From the IMG/VR virus record IMGVR_UViG_3300044632_001473, positions 1 through 59,911 of that record: 59,911 bases of DNA. One strand, written 5' to 3'. Position numbers and translations under genes: made by a program. The first letter of the stretch is position 1. Each line of letters opens with the position of its first letter. This document shows, in pieces, positions 29,618 to 39,133 of the stretch. The stretch comes from a virus. Its lineage: Duplodnaviria; Caudoviricetes. The notes below the pieces were generated by a model, which saw only the letters and a list, made by a program, of their open reading frames with translations, was not told the DNA's origin and did not search any database.

Positions 29618-30485
29618 TTGTCTTTTTTGTTTTATCTAACCACACATTACCTAATTTAACAAATATAGGATTAATTTCAAAACCCACAAACTCACAATTT
29701 AAATCTCTAGCAACAATTAATTCACCACCTGAACCTGAAAATGGTATTAATATTTGTGGAACACTATCTTTAGGTATTGATGAGGATATTAATTTTTTTG
29801 TTAACTCATAAGGTTTTTGTGTTGGGTGATTAATAATTTCGTGTTCTATATGATTTTTCTTTTCAGTCGGATGATACGCAGAATCACAATTTGTACAATA
29901 GAACCATCTTTCTTTTGCACCAGCTCCTCCAGCCAATGCTGACACTTTAAACACATCTCTTGGTAATGCACCATTATCATGTGCCTTATATGTCGTTTCG
30001 GTTTCACCTTTACTAAATCTTCCCTTAGTTGCCCTTCTTTTCTTACCTGCAGCATTTTTTAAAAAAGATTTTGTATACTCTTCTCTAACATCATCAGTAT
30101 TGAATATCTTTTCTTTCCCTTTCCATAAATGTATAATTGACTCATGTGACCTTTGCCAATCTTTTAATGATGGTGTAGTTTTATTTGTGTAATGCCAAAC
30201 TAACCATCTTTTAGTTTTATATTCAATGTCAACAAATATTTGTGCTAATATTTCACTAAATCCGTAAATAAAAATTGAACCGTGTGGTTTCAATACTCTA
30301 TAACATTCAGATATCCATATTTTATTCCATTCGTAATATTCCGACATAACTTGTTTATCGGAGTCATTACCGAAATCCTTACCAATATTATATGGTGGGT
30401 CGGCAATAATAACATCAATAGAATTATCCCCTAATTCTTTTATACCTTCAATACAATCTCTTAATATAACTTTATTTGGTAACAT
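29610..30485 (-). CDS. N4-cytosine/N6-adenine DNA methyltransferase (beta class)
   Basis: DPPYN near the N-terminus; HPTQKP; PFSGSG SAM-binding motif near the C-terminus. Confidence 0.9.
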   Translation of the reverse strand: MLPNKVILRDCIEGIKELGDNSIDVIIADPPYNIGKDFGNDSDKQVMSEYYEWNKIWISECYRVLKPHGSIFIYGFSEILAQIFVDIEYKTKRWLVWHYTNKTTPSLKDWQRSHESIIHLWKGKEKIFNTDDVREEYTKSFLKNAAGKKRRATKGRFSKGETETTYKAHDNGALPRDVFKVSALAGGAGAKERWFYCTNCDSAYHPTEKKNHIEHEIINHPTQKPYELTKKLISSSIPKDSVPQILIPFSGSGGELIVARDLNCEFVGFEINPIFVKLGNVWLDKTKKTNE

Positions 30486-30486
30486 T

Positions 30487-31083
30487 CTATTTTTTTAATT
30501 CATATTCATATGTACAAATAATATCCAAATAATCCTCATTAACTTCAAACCATAATTGATTTGACATTGATTTATGAATAAAAAATTTATTGTCTTTTGA
30601 TTTGTATCCTGAAAACATTCCTTTTTTTCCAAATTTTTCAATCCACTCAATATTTTTAAAATCAATCTTTGATTTTATTAAAGAACCCCATTTAACAATA
30701 TGTTTATTAGATGTTTCATATGTTAAACATACCAAATATTTTTCAAATGATTCATCTCTTTTTTGTATTTCTTTATTTATTTCATCAATAGTTTTACAAG
30801 TTGTTAATCTATATGATGAAAGTTTAAATGTGTTTTTATTTTTACTTTTAATTTTGACCGCCTTTAATGAATTTGGTTCTCCCATAATATTCATATCAAA
30901 ACCAGACTTATGAGAACCAGATTTCCATAAAGAATCTCTACCACATCTTTCTTCTGCTTTGTCTGCGGTTATTTCCATAATTTCACCTTTTATATTAGTT
31001 TTACCTCTAGACCATTTATAAGTCTCAATAGTTTCATCTAATAATGCGTTAGAAAATTCTCTTAATTTTTCTTCTTGGTTCAT
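30487..31083 (-). CDS. Putative restriction endonuclease partner of the MTase
   Basis: Lys-rich 198 aa directly upstream of the MTase; E...GFD...SLK resembles a PD-(D/E)xK variant. Confidence 0.45.
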   Translation of the reverse strand: MNQEEKLREFSNALLDETIETYKWSRGKTNIKGEIMEITADKAEERCGRDSLWKSGSHKSGFDMNIMGEPNSLKAVKIKSKNKNTFKLSSYRLTTCKTIDEINKEIQKRDESFEKYLVCLTYETSNKHIVKWGSLIKSKIDFKNIEWIEKFGKKGMFSGYKSKDNKFFIHKSMSNQLWFEVNEDYLDIICTYEYELKK

Positions 31084-31397
31084 TACTTAATTCTACTTTC
31101 TTCAAAGAACTCAATTATGGTGTTCAATGCCCATACAGAACCGGCGGTAACCATCCCGTCAAAAAATAAATGTAAAAACCAAACAGTTTCAAAATATTGA
31201 ACTGATAAACTACCTAATGTTAACGACATAAAAAATCCAACCCATGTGGAAGTACACAACGTACAACTAATCAGGTCTCCAAAAAATTTGGAGTGTTTCT
31301 TTATCCATGTTCTTTGATTTTCAAAAATTGCTCCCCATACTAAAATTGAGGTCATTCCATAAGCCGCTAATACCCAAAATAATAATATCATAATCAT
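31083..31397 (-). CDS. DUF1360-like membrane protein
   Basis: LISCTLCTSTWVG motif with TM helices. Confidence 0.65.
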   Translation of the reverse strand: MIMILLFWVLAAYGMTSILVWGAIFENQRTWIKKHSKFFGDLISCTLCTSTWVGFFMSLTLGSLSVQYFETVWFLHLFFDGMVTAGSVWALNTIIEFFEESRIK

Positions 31398-31457
31398 TTT
31401 TATTTATAATTAAAATATAAATAAAAGATTCAATAAAAAGAAATATATTGCCGGAAA

Positions 31458-31985
31458 TTATTCATCGTAAAGTGAACCTAAGTCACTATTTTTCATAAAT
31501 CTACCACGACCCATATTATTAATTGAGTTGGATATTTTATTCAAATCTTCTTTTAATTTTTCATTCTCTTTTGTTAATCTGTTTATTTCTTCCATATTAA
31601 CAACTTCTTTTACAACCTCAACAATTTTTTCTACAGGAACTTCTTTTATAACTTCTTTCACAACAGTTTTAGTTTTCCCTTCTTTTTTAACTTCCACTTC
31701 TTTTACAACTTCAACAATTTTTTCCACTACAATCTCTTTAATAACTTCCTTAATCACCTCCACCGGTACTTCAACAATTTTATCAACCTCTTTAATTACT
31801 TCAACTTCTTTAATTACTTCAACCGTTTCTTTTATTCTATTACCATATGGTGTTTCCCCATATTTCAACAAAGAAAACCCTCTTGCGAAGGTTTCTTTTG
31901 CTAATTTATCTATGTTGTCTATGTTATTTAATTCACAATATTGAATAAACTCACTATCCAAGATTAACGTGCTCTTCGGTTTCAT
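31458..31985 (-). CDS. VEVIKE-repeat protein
   Basis: Val/Glu/Lys repeats followed by a coiled coil. Confidence 0.7.
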   Translation of the reverse strand: MKPKSTLILDSEFIQYCELNNIDNIDKLAKETFARGFSLLKYGETPYGNRIKETVEVIKEVEVIKEVDKIVEVPVEVIKEVIKEIVVEKIVEVVKEVEVKKEGKTKTVVKEVIKEVPVEKIVEVVKEVVNMEEINRLTKENEKLKEDLNKISNSINNMGRGRFMKNSDLGSLYDE

Positions 31986-32772
31986 TTTCTATATCTTTGA
32001 TATCGTTTATTCTAAAGTGTAAGAAGGGTTGTTCATTTGGTAAATCATGAAATGTATATTCATTTGTTTCAACATCGTATATTCCATACCCGTGATGTTT
32101 TACCGTCTCACCAAAATTTTGTTGTATGAGACTACCAACCATAATTGCATGACCTCCGTTTGGTAATGTGAATTGTTGTCTCTTGTGAATATCTCCACAT
32201 AATAATAAATCCAAATCAACAAAGTTTAATTGGTCATAGGCATCTTCAAACTCATAACCTAAATCGGTTGACAATCCCATAATTGGTCCGTGAAATAAAC
32301 CAACAGTTATTTTGGTCTCGTCTTTCGTAAATTCGGGACGTGAGTTATGTTGATATAGTGAATACACTACCCATTGTATATTTTCATCTATATAATCACC
32401 ACTATCTTTATAATAAGCAATATTTTCATTATCTAATAAATCTACCACAGGGCTAATACTATCTAATCGTTGTGTATTATTCTCTAAGAAATCATGATTA
32501 CCCGGTATAATTACTACATTACCCAAATGAGATAATTCTCTAAGAAACCAACTTGTTAACATCAGTTGTTCATTTGATATATTAATCTTTTGATGTGCGA
32601 TATCTCCAGCAACAACGATTCTTATATTATCCCAAGTTAATCCTTCTTCAACCCAATTCCAATGATGAACTCGTAATTCACTTAATAACTTTTCAAATTG
32701 TTCTTTATACAAATCATGCATTTGAATTGTACGAATATGTAAGTCGGCAATGTGTATTATTTTCTTGACCAT
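31954..32772 (-). CDS. SbcD/Mre11/gp47-like metallophosphoesterase nuclease
   Basis: ADLH, AGD, PGNHD, FHG, GDIH, GSLIQQNFGE motifs. Confidence 0.92.
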   Translation of the reverse strand: MVKKIIHIADLHIRTIQMHDLYKEQFEKLLSELRVHHWNWVEEGLTWDNIRIVVAGDIAHQKINISNEQLMLTSWFLRELSHLGNVVIIPGNHDFLENNTQRLDSISPVVDLLDNENIAYYKDSGDYIDENIQWVVYSLYQHNSRPEFTKDETKITVGLFHGPIMGLSTDLGYEFEDAYDQLNFVDLDLLLCGDIHKRQQFTLPNGGHAIMVGSLIQQNFGETVKHHGYGIYDVETNEYTFHDLPNEQPFLHFRINDIKDIENETEEHVNLG

Positions 32773-33626
32773 CTTGAAATGTATTTTGATAAATCCATAG
32801 TAAGGATTGCGTTATTAATTTGTGGGGGAACTTTATATTCAACAAATGTTGCGTCATCTTTTAATAAAACAACAACATTACCTAATAATTTAATATCTTG
32901 GTATTTTGTTCCTTCTAACATTTTACGTAACAATCTTCCATATAATGGTAATTGTAAATAGTAATGACCTAGTGCATTATCGTGATAATTGTTGAATGGT
33001 GGATATAGTTTACCAGTATAATGATGTACCTCAAAATTCTTAGGTTGGTTTGTTTTCCAATCTGTAATAACAAATCCAAATCCATCTTTCTCTTTGTTTT
33101 GCATCAACCATACTTTATCAGGTTGTCCTGTGTATTGTTCAGTTGGGTCACCTAATACAATCTCCGTATCTAATAATATCCCGCCTCTTTCTAACATTAA
33201 ATCAAGAAATTGTTTGCCGGCACTAATCATATTATCACTCTTACGTTGTTGTTCTTCATTGATAGTGAATATAGGTTGTCTAACTTCTTTGTAGTTATCA
33301 AAACGACCAATCAATTCAGATTCCAATTCAAAGTGAACACGACTACCCATATTTGTTGATAGGTCACCAGCTTGTCTCCATTCAGCAAGTAATTGAGCTT
33401 GACCTTCAGGGTCACCTTTGGACATCTTTAGTGCCATACCTTCAGCATCAAATGGTTTATGAAATTTCTTAACGATTTTAGATACTGATGGAAAGTTCTT
33501 TTTTATTTCACCATCAACATCTTTCATATAGTAAATGTGTTCTTCTTCTATAAATGTTAATTCTAATTCTTTTCTTCTTTTTTCTAATAAATCATTAATT
33601 TCTAACGATACGTCTTTTAAATTCAT
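32757..33626 (-). CDS. PD-(D/E)xK exonuclease
   Basis: PSVS, GSRVH, E...GQPD...DWKT, YYLQLPLY. Confidence 0.85.
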   Translation of the reverse strand: MNLKDVSLEINDLLEKRRKELELTFIEEEHIYYMKDVDGEIKKNFPSVSKIVKKFHKPFDAEGMALKMSKGDPEGQAQLLAEWRQAGDLSTNMGSRVHFELESELIGRFDNYKEVRQPIFTINEEQQRKSDNMISAGKQFLDLMLERGGILLDTEIVLGDPTEQYTGQPDKVWLMQNKEKDGFGFVITDWKTNQPKNFEVHHYTGKLYPPFNNYHDNALGHYYLQLPLYGRLLRKMLEGTKYQDIKLLGNVVVLLKDDATFVEYKVPPQINNAILTMDLSKYISRWSRK

Positions 33627-33628
33627 TT

Positions 33629-34573
33629 TTATTCTATTTGTTTCATTTTATATTCATTTAAGTTTCCCTGTAAATCGGCAATATCTTTATCTCCCTCCAA
33701 TTTAATACTCCACACCTTACCCATCAACTTACCACAATTTAATTTATGATATAATTTTTCTTGATCGCCATATGCGTCAGGGTCTAATACTATAATTATT
33801 TTTTTTGCCTTTTCATAAAGTGTCATAAATAAATGTTCACTCATAAATTTTCCTAACATTGGTATTGCGTTTGGTATAAAAATACTATCAAATGCACCTT
33901 CAACGATATAGACGGGTTTAGTCCAATCAATTAAATATTCATTGAATATTATAAGTTCCTTTTGTGCTTCAGGATTTTTATATTTAAATTTTGTTTTCAT
34001 TAAATAAGACCTAGCAATAAAATAATTTAATCTATTATTTTCATCATATGAAGGAATTATTATTCTATTCTCATATAATCCTGTTGCACAAAAACCAATG
34101 TTATATATTTGTAACATCAAATCAGTGATGTTTCTATTTTTAATATAATTGTACGCCTGTTTATATCCAGGTGTCAATTTCATTCCAAATGAGGCATCTT
34201 TAAATGAAACAAATTCTTTAGGTAATTTAACTGGTTTATACGTTCTTTTTGATATATCTTCATCATCTTCAGGTTTCAATAAAAGATATTTCTTTAATTG
34301 CCTTGGATTACCAAATTTCTTAATTAATTTAAATACTGAACCGTGTGTTCCATGTGTTTCAGCACATACCCAACATTTATAAACACCATATTTGTAATTG
34401 ACTTCAAGATTTCCTTTCCCATCACCGTGGTCTAACCCTTTTATCTCATGTGAACATATTGGGCAATCAAAAGATACTTGGTGTCTATAGTCATTGTGAT
34501 TCTTATAGTCACCAAACATATCCTCTAAAATCTCAAATACCGCGGAATAGTCAACTTCTTCTTGGGTGCTCAT
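33629..34573 (-). CDS. DNA primase (Zn-binding domain plus TOPRIM)
   Basis: CPIC...CWVC, RIIIP, KYKNP, IVEGAFD, LDPD, KD motifs. Confidence 0.9.
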   Translation of the reverse strand: MSTQEEVDYSAVFEILEDMFGDYKNHNDYRHQVSFDCPICSHEIKGLDHGDGKGNLEVNYKYGVYKCWVCAETHGTHGSVFKLIKKFGNPRQLKKYLLLKPEDDEDISKRTYKPVKLPKEFVSFKDASFGMKLTPGYKQAYNYIKNRNITDLMLQIYNIGFCATGLYENRIIIPSYDENNRLNYFIARSYLMKTKFKYKNPEAQKELIIFNEYLIDWTKPVYIVEGAFDSIFIPNAIPMLGKFMSEHLFMTLYEKAKKIIIVLDPDAYGDQEKLYHKLNCGKLMGKVWSIKLEGDKDIADLQGNLNEYKMKQIE

Positions 34574-34616
34574 TTAGATAAAATACAAAAAATAAACGAT
34601 AATAAAAAATAGTGAG

Positions 34617-34688
34617 CAAAAAATTGGGGCGAGAACACCACCTCTCGCCCCTCCAACCAAACCTGTATTTCTACAGGTCCCGTCCTAT
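34617..34688 (-). ncRNA. Candidate small structured RNA (~72 nt, two hairpins ending in a terminator-like stem and U-tract)
   Basis: GC-rich intergenic island: GGACCUGUA-GAAA-UACAGGUUU, linker, GGGGCGAGA-GGUGGUGU-UCUCGCCCC-AAUUUUUU; own TATTTAT at 34691-34697; no ORF. Confidence 0.55.
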
Positions 34689-34719
34689 TAATAAATATAG
34701 GTAAGTTATTTTCAAAAGT

Positions 34720-34742
34720 AAAATATTAGTTGCCCAATATTT
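34720..34742 (-). terminator. Probable terminator of the UDP-GDH-like gene
   Basis: AAUAUUGG-GCAA-CUAAUAUU followed by U-rich sequence. Confidence 0.45.
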
Positions 34743-35566
34743 TATACTACCGCCCTACCTTTCATATTTTCCCAATCCCTATTAACTCTTACAGTGTTAT
34801 TAGTGTCATTTGTGGATTTTAAAACATTATTTAAGGTACCTAATTGATTTGATAATGATATTAACGCAGATAAATCTTTTGGAAAACAATGACCTCCAAA
34901 ACCATAATCACCATCATGACCAGGTACTGACCAATGTGAATGACCTAATCTTTCATCGTGAATTGCGTATTCAACTACTTTATCGTAGTCAATATTCAGT
35001 TTTTCACATAGTTGGTATATCTCATTTGCAAAAGATACTTTAACCGATAAGAAAGTATTAATAAGGTACTTTACCATTTCAGCATGTGTTGAATCTGTTT
35101 TAATGATTTCCGCCTTAGGAAAAACCTTACTGAATACTTGTTTTAGTTTAGTTGTCGCAGTCCTCGGTCCTCCTAATATTATTCTATTTTGATTTTCGTA
35201 ATCATCAATTGCATTACGTTCCGTTAAAAATTCAGGATTAAAAGCAATCGTAATATTCTCATATTTTGAGTTTAATCCATCTGTGGTACCAGGCGTTATT
35301 GTTGATTTAATAACAACAATTTTATTTTTTGAGGTGTCGTTAATTTTTTTAATTACTCCTTCAACAATATCAATATTACAACTACCGTCTTGATTCATCG
35401 GTGTTGGTAGACATACAAATATAACTTCTGATTTTTCAATTAAATCAGTTTCAGATGAATTACTTTTAGTTTCATCTAAATCGTATGTTAAAACATTATA
35501 ATAATTTTTAAACTTTTGGTATATTGCGTTACCAACAAATCCTTGTCCTATTATTCCAATAATCAT
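34742..35566 (-). CDS. UDP-glucose/GDP-mannose dehydrogenase family protein (short form, no C-terminal domain)
   Basis: GxGxxG, CLPTP, KST, NPEFL, EMVKY..N, GFGGHCFPKD (catalytic Cys). Confidence 0.9.
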   Translation of the reverse strand: MIIGIIGQGFVGNAIYQKFKNYYNVLTYDLDETKSNSSETDLIEKSEVIFVCLPTPMNQDGSCNIDIVEGVIKKINDTSKNKIVVIKSTITPGTTDGLNSKYENITIAFNPEFLTERNAIDDYENQNRIILGGPRTATTKLKQVFSKVFPKAEIIKTDSTHAEMVKYLINTFLSVKVSFANEIYQLCEKLNIDYDKVVEYAIHDERLGHSHWSVPGHDGDYGFGGHCFPKDLSALISLSNQLGTLNNVLKSTNDTNNTVRVNRDWENMKGRAVV

Positions 35567-35567
35567 T

Positions 35568-36179
35568 TTATGCAGTTTGTTTGTTCATGTTTACATATCC
35601 GATAACACAACATGCAGCATCTGCCATATCGTAGTTCTCTTTTTTAAGGTTACCTGTTTTTCCATATAACCAATTAACATCGGGACATACACTATTAACG
35701 TGTTCCCAAATAACATGTTTCTTATCAATATCTTTTGGGTACCCACCGAATAAAACATTACGTCCTTTATCATTTGGACCAACCAAATCGGGAAATGCAA
35801 ATTTTCTTGAGTTGTACGTTGAGATAAACGTTGGTAACACTCCTAATACATCGTAACAATTCTTTAAAATTAAAGTGTTATAACGTAATAACGTTCCGAT
35901 AGTGTAAATGTTATTTGATTGTAATAAAGGTTCCTCAATGACGACACGGAGAATTCCCATGTCTTTATAACCCTCTAAATGTTTTTTAAACGCATCCGCT
36001 TTTTTAATCAACTCTTCAATCTTATCTACAGGTTGAGGTTTTATTTTAGGGGAAAAATGAGTTAGTTCTAATAATTTAGAACCTGATATATCAAATAAGG
36101 CAAATCCAATAACTTTAGTACTGATATCAAGACCTAAAATTTTAGGTGTATTTTTTAATTTAATTAACTTGTCATTCAT
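35568..36179 (-). CDS. RuvC-like Holliday junction resolvase
   Basis: ILGLDIST...VVIEE...YDMADA (RNase H-fold acidic residues). Confidence 0.8.
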   Translation of the reverse strand: MNDKLIKLKNTPKILGLDISTKVIGFALFDISGSKLLELTHFSPKIKPQPVDKIEELIKKADAFKKHLEGYKDMGILRVVIEEPLLQSNNIYTIGTLLRYNTLILKNCYDVLGVLPTFISTYNSRKFAFPDLVGPNDKGRNVLFGGYPKDIDKKHVIWEHVNSVCPDVNWLYGKTGNLKKENYDMADAACCVIGYVNMNKQTA

Positions 36180-36897
36180 AATATTTCCATTTATATCCGG
36201 CCGCTGTTTTTATTTTACCTAAACAACATTCACCAATGTGATTATTTTTATACTCTTTTTTTGCTTCCGAAATTGATTCCCATATTTTTATTTTTTTACC
36301 ATCCAAGGTTAACTGTATGATTTTTCTTTTTTGATGTGAATGGGAATTTGATATTTTTTTACCATACTCTTCGTCATATTTTCTTCCTTTATTTGGTGAA
36401 ACTCTACCCTTCGTAGATAAAGATAGATTTTTTCTGTGTAAAAGTGAACGCTCTTTTCCATTATTTAAATGTGGAATTGGTTTACCTTTTTTTGCCAATG
36501 AAATATTTTTTTTTGTTTCCTCAGATCTTTTTTTTCCCTTATTATTTTCTGAAATTCTTTTTAATTGTTCGGGTGTCCATTTTCTTCCTAACGCACTTGG
36601 TGGATTTTCTCCTCCTTCTGATATATTTGTTAATTTACAACCAATAGATTTATAATATGAAATATAATGTTTTTCCCAAAATTCCCAATTACATTCATCA
36701 ACTTCATCTATTATTAATAATTCTGGTTTGTTATTATTTTCTAGTAAAGAAAATATCCATTTATCTTTATAACTTATTTTTTTATTACTGTCCTGTAAAT
36801 GTTTTCTATAACGAGATTGTGGATTAATACTTTTACCAATATATTTTAATTCATTTTTTGATTTATCAACTAAACCATATATATATACTTTTCTCAT
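36172..36897 (-). mobile_element. Free-standing GIY-YIG homing endonuclease with NUMOD3 and NUMOD1 domains
   Basis: YIYGL...YIGKS...R...E...N; KRSEETKKNIS repeats; C-terminal WESISEAK...KTAAGYKWKY. Confidence 0.88.
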
Positions 36898-36958
36898 ACT
36901 AATAAATATATGAAAAGTGTGAAGAGGATATATTTTGTAGTAATATCTAACCCAAATA

Positions 36959-39100
36959 TTAGAAATCTAATTTAACTGATAAAACTTGAGTACCTAATCT
37001 CTTAATCGGTAACGGAGCCTTTGCAACAACTAATGGTTCTTTATTATCATTTAACAATTGAACTTCAGTTATAACCGGTGTACATGAACTACACGTTGGG
37101 TTTTGTGATGTTACAAATGCGTTTGACGGTAGGTTAATTAAAAAATTCATTTGTTCAATATCGGTAGCTCTAACTAACCTAACACTACCAGGGAATGGTT
37201 GTTCGTCACCAAATTGAGGTTGTGTTGTTGAACTTGTTGTACCTAAATAATCTGTACCAACACTTGTCATATGTGTTTCTAAATTGAAGGTTGTTGCTCC
37301 TGAATAATCTGAATATTTAATTGTAAATGTTGTTGCTAACAAATTATTTTTAGTAAACACTCCATTAATCTGTGAGGTGATATCAATATATTTCCAACCA
37401 TCTGGTGATGGTAAAGATGTAATATTTTCAACTCTTTGGATTAACGCAAATATTTTGTTTGCAACAAGTCCGTTTGATACGTCGTTTAAACTGGTCTTTA
37501 AAAAATTAAATTCATCACCAAATTTAAATGAGATTTGTGATGGAATTGCAGGAAAACATCCGTCTTCAGTACCTCCTAATCTAACTTTATTAAAATAGTT
37601 ACAAGGTAATGCATTAATCGTTTGATTTGATGTAAAGGTCATCATGTATGTTAACCAAACAGTTTGACCTGTTGTACTTAACATTGAACTATTTCCTACT
37701 GTATCGCTTGGTGTTGCATACACTTTTGGTGCAGGTAACGTATATTTTCTATTACTTCTGTAATCTAATGTTGCAACCAATTCTTGGTCGTCAAAAACCA
37801 CTATTTTATTATTGTAAAATACTTTACCTACTCTAACATTAGTCTCATCTAACAAATATCTAAATGGTAATGTAGAAGTTGCATTTTTTGTTGATTTAAC
37901 ATAGTAGTCTATAGAATCCATAGTAAATAATGCTCCGATAGTTGTTCCTGTACTTCTATGATATAATAAAAATGGTATATAAACTTCAAAATAATCTAAA
38001 TCGGTTATTAATTCATCATCATTATCAGTGGCTACATTGTTTGTAATTCCAGTACTAATATAGTCATCATATTTAAAAAATCTTTCTGGATCATTAATAA
38101 CATCACCCAATTCAGAATAATGAATAATTGCAACACATCTTTGTTCAGATGGTAATAATTCAATTACTTCATCATATGAATTTACAAAACTTGTTCCGTA
38201 ATTTTCATTAGTGAAATCTGGTATTGATATACTTGAAGTTGATAATCCCGAAAATGGTACAAATGTTTGTCCTGTACTCGTATATCCTAATCTTTCTTTA
38301 GTTGATACAAATACATTACTTGTATAACCTGATAAAGTTTCATCGCTAGTAGTTCCTCCAATTGGTTGTTGTGTCCAAATTGTATTTAATGTCCAAGAAT
38401 TTAATTGTTGTGATGGGTCAATTGGTGTTGGTAAACATACTGAAGCAATTTCACTTTCAATTGAATACTCCAATTCACATTCATTAGATATAACGGTTCC
38501 TGTTAAACTTAGTGAACCAGTTAAATTTGGTAAGTTTCTATCTAATGTTAATACATTACCAGATTTATTCGTTACTTTATAAACGAAACTATTCAAACTT
38601 GATTGTATTGTTGCAGTTTCACCATATAATTCACCTAACGTCAATGTAACATAACTACCACTTGCAAAATAACTTCCACTAGCCGACGTTGGTATTGTTA
38701 TTGTGTTACTTCCATTAATTGAACCTGAGGTAATTGTGAACGTTTCACATTCAATTGTTGTATTGTTTGGTATGTAATTTGAAACAAATCCCGCAGGTCC
38801 CATTTCATTTTTTATAGTGTATAATGTAGATTGTTGTACAGGATTTCCATATGTACTACTATCACTTGAATTTAACTTTAAAGGATATTTTACACCCGTT
38901 TCTTTATCAAACGGTGAGAAAACTTTTTCGTTTGGTTGAGTTCCTCCTGTATATGATGAAAACGCCGTTGAGTAATCAAATTCAGAATCCCCGACTTGGA
39001 AATAATTTATTTGAAAGTCACCCTTTGCAATTGCCTTTCTACCTTTTTGGGTGATTCTTGCTGATAAGTATTGTGCGTTATCGTTGTTTAAAAAACTCAT
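36959..39100 (-). CDS. Tail/baseplate structural protein
   Basis: N-terminal ITQKGRKAIA..YFQVGD and C-terminal ITEVQLLND..LVVAK resemble tail-collar/fibre attachment domains; TATTTAT upstream. Confidence 0.6.
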   Translation of the reverse strand: MSFLNNDNAQYLSARITQKGRKAIAKGDFQINYFQVGDSEFDYSTAFSSYTGGTQPNEKVFSPFDKETGVKYPLKLNSSDSSTYGNPVQQSTLYTIKNEMGPAGFVSNYIPNNTTIECETFTITSGSINGSNTITIPTSASGSYFASGSYVTLTLGELYGETATIQSSLNSFVYKVTNKSGNVLTLDRNLPNLTGSLSLTGTVISNECELEYSIESEIASVCLPTPIDPSQQLNSWTLNTIWTQQPIGGTTSDETLSGYTSNVFVSTKERLGYTSTGQTFVPFSGLSTSSISIPDFTNENYGTSFVNSYDEVIELLPSEQRCVAIIHYSELGDVINDPERFFKYDDYISTGITNNVATDNDDELITDLDYFEVYIPFLLYHRSTGTTIGALFTMDSIDYYVKSTKNATSTLPFRYLLDETNVRVGKVFYNNKIVVFDDQELVATLDYRSNRKYTLPAPKVYATPSDTVGNSSMLSTTGQTVWLTYMMTFTSNQTINALPCNYFNKVRLGGTEDGCFPAIPSQISFKFGDEFNFLKTSLNDVSNGLVANKIFALIQRVENITSLPSPDGWKYIDITSQINGVFTKNNLLATTFTIKYSDYSGATTFNLETHMTSVGTDYLGTTSSTTQPQFGDEQPFPGSVRLVRATDIEQMNFLINLPSNAFVTSQNPTCSSCTPVITEVQLLNDNKEPLVVAKAPLPIKRLGTQVLSVKLDF

Positions 39101-39133
39101 ATGTTATAAATATCTTTATTTAATTTTGTTTTA

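Noticed and set aside
32757-33626. Cas4
   Set aside because: No Fe-S cysteines; an ordinary phage PD-(D/E)xK exonuclease in a replication cluster
34617-34688. tRNA
   Set aside because: No cloverleaf, no T-loop GTTC in the proper context, no acceptor stem or CCA end
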